Made by a program: the position numbers and the translations under genes. The notes below the pieces were generated by a model. That model was not told the DNA's origin, did not search any database, and saw only the letters and a program-made list of their open reading frames with translations. Positions 7,772 to 12,311 of a stretch of 12,311 bases of DNA are shown here, piece by piece. The stretch spans positions 1 through 12,311 of the forward strand of contig JAEOUG010000088.1 in assembly GCA_016839445.1 (NCBI GenBank), in the 5' to 3' direction. Each line of letters opens with the position of its first letter. The stretch's first letter is position 1. This DNA is from Candidatus Thorarchaeota archaeon. Its GTDB lineage: Archaea; Asgardarchaeota; Thorarchaeia; Thorarchaeales; Thorarchaeaceae.

Positions 7772-8671
7772 TCATTGATGGTGGAATCGGCGGCTTGATG
7801 GTCGAGGCCGAGGATATCCAAGCAGGATTCGCAGAGCCTTCGTGGCTACGACTATGTCCTCGATTGCGGAGGCATGATATCCGCCTTCCGGCTCCACAGT
7901 GATCAACCCGGAGTAGCCCCAGGTGTGCCTGATTAGGTCAATGACCTCTTCCAGCGTCCAATCGGGCGAGTCGAAGATCCACTCCTGGTCAAGTAGCCGA
8001 GCACGCAGATGGACATTAGCAATTCTCGGTAAGACTTCGGCAAACCCCTTGAGTTCATCATACATGCAAGCCCATCTTGTGTCGAGGGTCAAGGAGTCAA
8101 ACTTCTTCGCGAGCTCGAGTGGTGTTAGTCCATCCACAGAGGTAGGGATGTTCTCGATGGTGGCCTTGATTGTGGGGTGGACTTGCTGTATCGAATCCAT
8201 GGTTTCTCGGAGAAAGGCAGTGTCGATCGTCTTCGCCATGGAGTCCCAGAAGTGAAAGACAGCAACCTTGGATTCAAGGATGCTACAGAGGGAGAGCGTC
8301 TCGTAGATCAGCTCTGAACCCCTATCCACATCGTCTTCACATCTAGTGCATAGGCAGATGCCCACATCCCTGTTTGCATGAACTGAGAGTATTGGCAGAC
8401 CGGCAGCCTTGATGGAGCGCCCGATTTCAGCTGTAGTGTATTTGCTGCACGATTCCCATGCACGAGTGCGGAACTCTGTTGGCCTACCTGCTCTGTAGGC
8501 ATCACGGGGAGGACCCACCGAATCCCACTCTGCGATCTTCTGAAACTCGAAGCCATCGACCTCAGCATGTGCATGGAGCAAGACCATGGCTGACTGAATG
8601 GCTTCGAAGTCGTGGTACTCGGATGAGAACAGATGTGAGAGAGACCCGGTTGATAGTGACAGTAGCTGCAT
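7772..8671 (-). CDS. Xylose isomerase-like / AP-endonuclease-2 TIM barrel protein (sugar-phosphate isomerase/epimerase family)
   Basis: 'SLSTGSL', 'DGFE', 'ILSVHA', 'VFH', 'IENIP', 'LTLDT', 'NVHL', 'GYSGLITVE'. GAGGT SD upstream. Confidence 0.82.
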   Translation of the reverse strand: MQLLSLSTGSLSHLFSSEYHDFEAIQSAMVLLHAHAEVDGFEFQKIAEWDSVGPPRDAYRAGRPTEFRTRAWESCSKYTTAEIGRSIKAAGLPILSVHANRDVGICLCTRCEDDVDRGSELIYETLSLCSILESKVAVFHFWDSMAKTIDTAFLRETMDSIQQVHPTIKATIENIPTSVDGLTPLELAKKFDSLTLDTRWACMYDELKGFAEVLPRIANVHLRARLLDQEWIFDSPDWTLEEVIDLIRHTWGYSGLITVEPEGGYHASAIEDIVVATKALRILLGYPRPRPSSRRFHHQ

Positions 8672-8680
8672 GGAGAGACC

Positions 8681-8785
8681 TCATACCTCTGGACGCTCTT
8701 CAGAGAAGTCTGCCGCCGCTGGCCTCAGGGCACATCGTGAAGGACTTAAGGACCTCAGTCCGGACTGGCTTCTACTCCAAGACAT
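8681..8785 (-). CDS. Possible 34-aa small ORF (MSWSRSQSGLRSLSPSRCALRPAAADFSEERPEV)
   Basis: GGAGGT SD 5 nt before the ATG; its TGA overlaps the SD of the next gene. The Ser/Arg-rich composition argues against a folded protein. Confidence 0.2.
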   Translation of the reverse strand: MSWSRSQSGLRSLSPSRCALRPAAADFSEERPEV

Positions 8786-8826
8786 GACAGACCTCCGAAC
8801 CTGACTTGAAACAGGGCCGACTCCTT

Positions 8827-9576
8827 TCAGGGAGGCGGACTTTGCATATTGCTTAGCTCACTCCAGCAACCTATGACACTGGTTGCTCCGTTGTCGATGT
8901 AAGACTGAACCGGTCTCCGAGCGAATCGTCGAAATCCAATCAGGTCAGGAACGTCATGACGGCGGTAGGCTTCGAAATAGCCAGGAAAATCATCAACAAC
9001 CATCAGAACAGGGCCATTTCGGGCAATGGCTGAAAACAACTTCGAGCGGACATCAATCAGCCGGGGTCCCACAGATGCAACACGTGCGCCGCTGTAGTCC
9101 GCTCTCTCGAACATGATCAACTCGGTGTTGTCCACTGGAAACCCGAACCCTTCGAGCTGTCTGAGGGTATCTTCACGAGTCGTATCGAGCCGGCCGGTGA
9201 GATAGGCAACCTTGTTGGTCGTGCTCCACGACTCAAGAACCTCTGCCGCATAGGGGATGGGGACATCATGCCTAAGAAGACTGAATCCAAGTTCATCTTC
9301 ACATAACAGGAGATTCCACAGACGCTCATGCAGAACCGGCAGATGCTCTCGCTGTTCCTCAGTGGCGTAGGTTTCGTATAGCTGGGAAGTGGTCATGCTC
9401 CGCACGTCATCTAGGAGCACTGATCTATCCAGCACCAGACTCATCGCCGCACGGAGGCGCTCCGAAATGTCAATCAGCGTACCGTCAATGTCGACCACAA
9501 CGCTCACTGTGCATGCCGCTCCTGTATCTAATCCACTGGTATTCATTCGCAGGTTCATTAATCGCACTATGTCCAT
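8827..9576 (-). CDS. HAD-superfamily hydrolase/phosphatase
   Basis: Motif I VVDIDGTL, motif II YLTGR, Lys in 'RSKL', motif IV VVDD. Start is uncertain (ATG at 9576, 9558 or 9546). Confidence 0.85.
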   Translation of the reverse strand: MDIVRLMNLRMNTSGLDTGAACTVSVVVDIDGTLIDISERLRAAMSLVLDRSVLLDDVRSMTTSQLYETYATEEQREHLPVLHERLWNLLLCEDELGFSLLRHDVPIPYAAEVLESWSTTNKVAYLTGRLDTTREDTLRQLEGFGFPVDNTELIMFERADYSGARVASVGPRLIDVRSKLFSAIARNGPVLMVVDDFPGYFEAYRRHDVPDLIGFRRFARRPVQSYIDNGATSVIGCWSELSNMQSPPP

Positions 9577-9669
9577 CGCCGGACATATCGGTGGGGCGGG
9601 GGTCGGCTGTTATCTACCAACGTCAAGGGAACTAGGGGCTTATCTGCACAAGGTGACTGGTGCCGAGAC

Positions 9670-10500
9670 ATGTGTGAGTATTGCGTCCAACATGGTGCGG
9701 GAAGGAGATGGTACCTCAATGCCAGAAACCTATCGAAAGAGCTCGCTACAAGTGACCTGGTGAGAGACTTCGCGGTACCCTATTTCTCCAGAAGCTCCGC
9801 ACTCGGACCTGATGGTTTCTCTAGCCGACAGGAGAGAGCCGCCCGACCCATACGTCCAGGTGAGAAGGAAGCGGTCTTCAATAGGTACAGGAGCTACTTG
9901 CATCATCAGGTCATAACAACAGAGGAGGTGGTCCAGATACTCGGCCTCTCTTCGAATCAGACAGAAGACCATGAACGATCAGTTGTTCGGTTCCCTTGCA
10001 TCTGCAGACACACCTCGATTGGAAAGGAGAAGGTGCTTCACTGCTTTGGGATAGCATTCACTCACTTGTACACGCGGCGCTTCCCATATTACCTTGGAGG
10101 GCGGCACGAGTACCTTTCACCAGACGAAGCCGTGGAGATAATCACAAAGATGGCCGAGGATGAGAGGGTAGTCCATGCGGTCTCCGCAGTGGGGGTCCCC
10201 TATGCAGGAATGATCTGCAACTGCGACATGGACGTGTGTCACCCATATCTCCACCGCGTAAGACTCGGAATACCGGAGCCATTTCACAAGGGGCATTATG
10301 TGACCAGCGTTGACGAACACAGATGCACAGGGTGCGGCGCGTGCGAAGAAGCCTGTCCGTTCGGGGCAATTGTGGTCAGTCCTACCATTGGAGCAGCTAG
10401 CGTGGACGCGGACAGCTGCTATGGATGCGGAATCTGTGGCCGCATCTGCCCAGAGGGAGCATTAAGACTTCAGGAAGGAGAGAGGAAGTCAGGATTCTAG
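9670..10500 (+). CDS. 4Fe-4S dicluster-domain protein
   Basis: C-terminal CTGCGACEEACP and CYGCGICGRICP. N-terminal MCEYCVQHG...WYL, plus CICR and ICNC...C, form extra Cys sites typical of this anaerobe ferredoxin-like family. Confidence 0.92.
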   Translation: MCEYCVQHGAGRRWYLNARNLSKELATSDLVRDFAVPYFSRSSALGPDGFSSRQERAARPIRPGEKEAVFNRYRSYLHHQVITTEEVVQILGLSSNQTEDHERSVVRFPCICRHTSIGKEKVLHCFGIAFTHLYTRRFPYYLGGRHEYLSPDEAVEIITKMAEDERVVHAVSAVGVPYAGMICNCDMDVCHPYLHRVRLGIPEPFHKGHYVTSVDEHRCTGCGACEEACPFGAIVVSPTIGAASVDADSCYGCGICGRICPEGALRLQEGERKSGF

Positions 10501-10652
10501 CAGGACCAGCGCCCATGGACGCCCGTCAGTCCACCTTATCTGCGAAGATGTTTCTTACGTGCGGCAATCTATGTCCAACCGAAGGAATAGATGCCCAATA
10601 CATGATGGGACTACATCAAGTCATAGACAGGAGATGGCGACTCGATTTGACG

Positions 10653-11186
10653 ATGAGGACATGCTACACTACTCTGGGACAATTCATTCACCACTGGAAC
10701 GGTGTCAGAATGGTCACTCTGAAGATCTTGAGCCTCTTTAGCGACGGAGAGCTGGAATACCGCCTTGTCCCTCAGTGGAGGACTGTTGGAGAGCTCTTCC
10801 ACCACATTGGAGGACATCAGTACTTCGTTGCACGAGGTGTTCTCAAGAAGCGTTGGGAGCCAGTGGGATCAGAACCAGACACAGACTGGCCTAGTCACAT
10901 ACAGCGAACGACTTCAAGCACGGGAGCCATTTCGGAATGGCTTCAGGAGGTCCAGAGTCTGCTGGAGAAGTGGTGTGCAAGTGCCGATGCATCTCTCCTT
11001 GAAGAAATCAGAGATGACAACCCCTGGCACAGAGGAGTGAGGGGATGGCAACTCCTTCATCACCCGTATCAGGATGAGCTTCATCATCGCGGTCAGCTCA
11101 CCGCCATCGCACGCCTATTAGGGAAGACTATCCCTCCGGTCTTCGCCGAGGAGTATTCGGGGTTCATCGTCGACAGTAGTTGTTGA
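10653..11186 (+). CDS. DinB/YfiT-family metal-dependent protein (putative thiol S-transferase)
   Basis: 'ELEYRL...RTVGELFHHI' and 'LLHH...ELHHRGQL..IARLLGKTIP' give the His triad. Start is probably ATG 10653 or TTG 10647; the ORF-track extension to 10425 overlaps the previous gene. Confidence 0.9.
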   Translation: MRTCYTTLGQFIHHWNGVRMVTLKILSLFSDGELEYRLVPQWRTVGELFHHIGGHQYFVARGVLKKRWEPVGSEPDTDWPSHIQRTTSSTGAISEWLQEVQSLLEKWCASADASLLEEIRDDNPWHRGVRGWQLLHHPYQDELHHRGQLTAIARLLGKTIPPVFAEEYSGFIVDSSC

Positions 11187-11266
11187 CTCGCCTGCCATGC
11201 ACACCACTAGTCACTGGACCGCAGTCAACCAAGGCTACCTCGGAGAGTTTCGACCCACTTCCTGGC

Positions 11267-11437
11267 TCACTGGCTCTTACGGTCCTCACCATTGAGGCGT
11301 TCCTCTGGCGACTCGATGGCTTGTGTGAATCTCCCAGGATCAACACCCGCAAGCACAGCAAGGATGTATCTAGTCAGAGGCTTTGAGAGGAGATCCAGGA
11401 CCCTGTCCACCTTCTCGGTACCCCTGCTACTGCTCAT
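11267..11437 (-). CDS. Putative 56-aa small protein (MSSSRGTEKVDRVLDLLSKPLTRYILAVLAGVDPGRFTQAIESPEERLNGEDRKSQ)
   Basis: GGAGGAG at 11451-11445, 7 nt before the ATG. Overlaps the end of the upstream gene by 11 nt and fills an otherwise empty 240-bp gap. Amphipathic helical core. Absent from the ORF track, whose shortest entries are 60 aa. Confidence 0.55.
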   Translation of the reverse strand: MSSSRGTEKVDRVLDLLSKPLTRYILAVLAGVDPGRFTQAIESPEERLNGEDRKSQ

Positions 11438-12230
11438 TGTCTCGCTCCTCCAGAAGCTCTGCCCTTCTCTTTGCGCGGAGGTACAGGAACCCCGTGAGTG
11501 TCACAAGGCAAAGCGAAGTGACGAAGAGGGCAACCCACTCTACCGTGAGGACCCCCAATTCGCCGGTGTACGGCAGAAGAACAGTGAGCGCACCGGTCAC
11601 CATGGCGGCGACAAGCACCATCGTAATGATGAAGAACCGGTTCCTGTTCGGGGACCGAATGAAGAACCAGTTGCTTGATAGAAACACCATCACAGAGAAG
11701 CCGACTCGGAACTTCCTCACAATCCCTATCATCTTTGCTGCGAAGACTATCGCCACCGTCATGAAGAAGAGCAGGAATAGGCTGGAGATCAGCAGTCCAA
11801 CGGATCCGATTCTGGATTCGAGGATCACAGGAATCAGACCGAGGATGGAAAGGACAACGCCTATCATCATACCCATCTGGCTGCTGAATAAAGCGAGTTC
11901 CTTTCGCGGACTCATGGACATGACTGCCGAGAGGACGCCATACTGGTCAATCTTGACATCCTTGGCCACCTGGTCGACGAGGATGAGAGCCCTCTTCCCC
12001 AAGTCTGTGATTCTGTACTCCCCATTAGTACGTTCTATCAGTCCCGCTTCGTTGAGCTCCTTCAAGTGGTAGTTGAAAGTTCCACTCATGAGCGCCGGGT
12101 CGAGATTCAGCACGTGCATGATCTCAGTGTAGGTAGCACCACCCTTCTCTGAGATCTGCTTCATGATTGTGCGACGCGTTGAACTCGAGAGCGCCTTCAA
12201 CACGTTCTCAGATTCAGAGGTCATTTTCAT
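11427..12230 (-). CDS. ArsR-like winged-helix protein with C-terminal multi-pass membrane domain
   Basis: 'VLKALSSSTRRTIM...TYTEIM...SGTFNYHLKEL..AGLIE...YRITDLGKRAL' followed by 4-5 hydrophobic segments. Confidence 0.88.
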   Translation of the reverse strand: MKMTSESENVLKALSSSTRRTIMKQISEKGGATYTEIMHVLNLDPALMSGTFNYHLKELNEAGLIERTNGEYRITDLGKRALILVDQVAKDVKIDQYGVLSAVMSMSPRKELALFSSQMGMMIGVVLSILGLIPVILESRIGSVGLLISSLFLLFFMTVAIVFAAKMIGIVRKFRVGFSVMVFLSSNWFFIRSPNRNRFFIITMVLVAAMVTGALTVLLPYTGELGVLTVEWVALFVTSLCLVTLTGFLYLRAKRRAELLEERDNEQ

Positions 12231-12255
12231 TACCGGTATGAACTTGGATTGTAGG

Positions 12256-12272
12256 TATTTAACCGATTTTCA
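12256..12272 (-). promoter_or_regulatory. Archaeal-type promoter (purine-rich BRE-like element + TATA box TTAAATA), probably a leaderless or short-leader transcript
   Basis: Minus strand reads TGAAAATCGG-TTAAATA, then 25 nt, then ATG 12230; no SD in between. Confidence 0.65.
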
Positions 12273-12311
12273 CTAAGTTTCTCGTGTATGTGGCTTTGAG
12301 TCTGTCGAAAA

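Noticed and set aside
9590-9606. G-rich run GGTGGGGCGGGGGTCGG in the divergent intergenic region
   Set aside because: At best a two-tier quadruplex; expected by chance at this GC content.
10602-10640. AUGA-N12-AA-N19-GA pattern resembling a eukaryote/Asgard-type SECIS
   Set aside because: The required helix above the GA quartet does not pair, and no neighbouring gene has an in-frame TGA at a Cys-equivalent position.
10425-10646. N-terminal extension of the DinB ORF
   Set aside because: It overlaps the 4Fe-4S gene, and the DinB fold and an SD-like AGGAG begin only near 10630-10653.
11383-12072. 229-aa + strand ORF
   Set aside because: Antisense shadow of the wHTH membrane gene, with no recognisable motifs.
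1-12311. CRISPR arrays, transposases/integrases, tRNA/rRNA, DGR-like repeats, and the remaining ORF-track ORFs
   Set aside because: No such repeats or motifs seen by eye; the remaining ORFs overlap better-supported genes in other frames or strands.

Overview
A gene-dense prokaryotic window, very probably archaeal. Evidence: TATA/BRE-like promoters, GGAGG/GGTGA ribosome-binding sites, an F420-type LLM oxidoreductase, a tandem Lrp-like regulator and a membrane-anchored wHTH. The gene mix resembles Asgard/Thorarchaeota-like genomes, but that assignment is inference only. It holds 14 well-supported CDS: partial LLM oxidoreductase, two HAD hydrolases, a PNPOx-like split-barrel protein, a PadR-methyltransferase-fold fusion divergent from a duplicated Lrp/AsnC-like regulator, an aldo/keto reductase, a PhnP-like MBL hydrolase, a Cys-rich DUF6144/V4R-like protein, a metallophosphoesterase, a xylose-isomerase-like TIM barrel, a 4Fe-4S protein, a DinB protein and an ArsR-like wHTH membrane protein. 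I saw no tRNA, rRNA, CRISPR array or mobile element. The most interesting signals are (i) the divergent regulator pair with two GGCAA-N16-TTGCC-GTC operator-like repeats, one bracketing a TATA-like box, (ii) an uncalled 56-aa ORF behind the membrane wHTH gene that resembles wHTH helices, and (iii) orphan SD sites, small ORFs and hairpin-rich leaders. All family calls come from motif recognition by eye; no database search was run.
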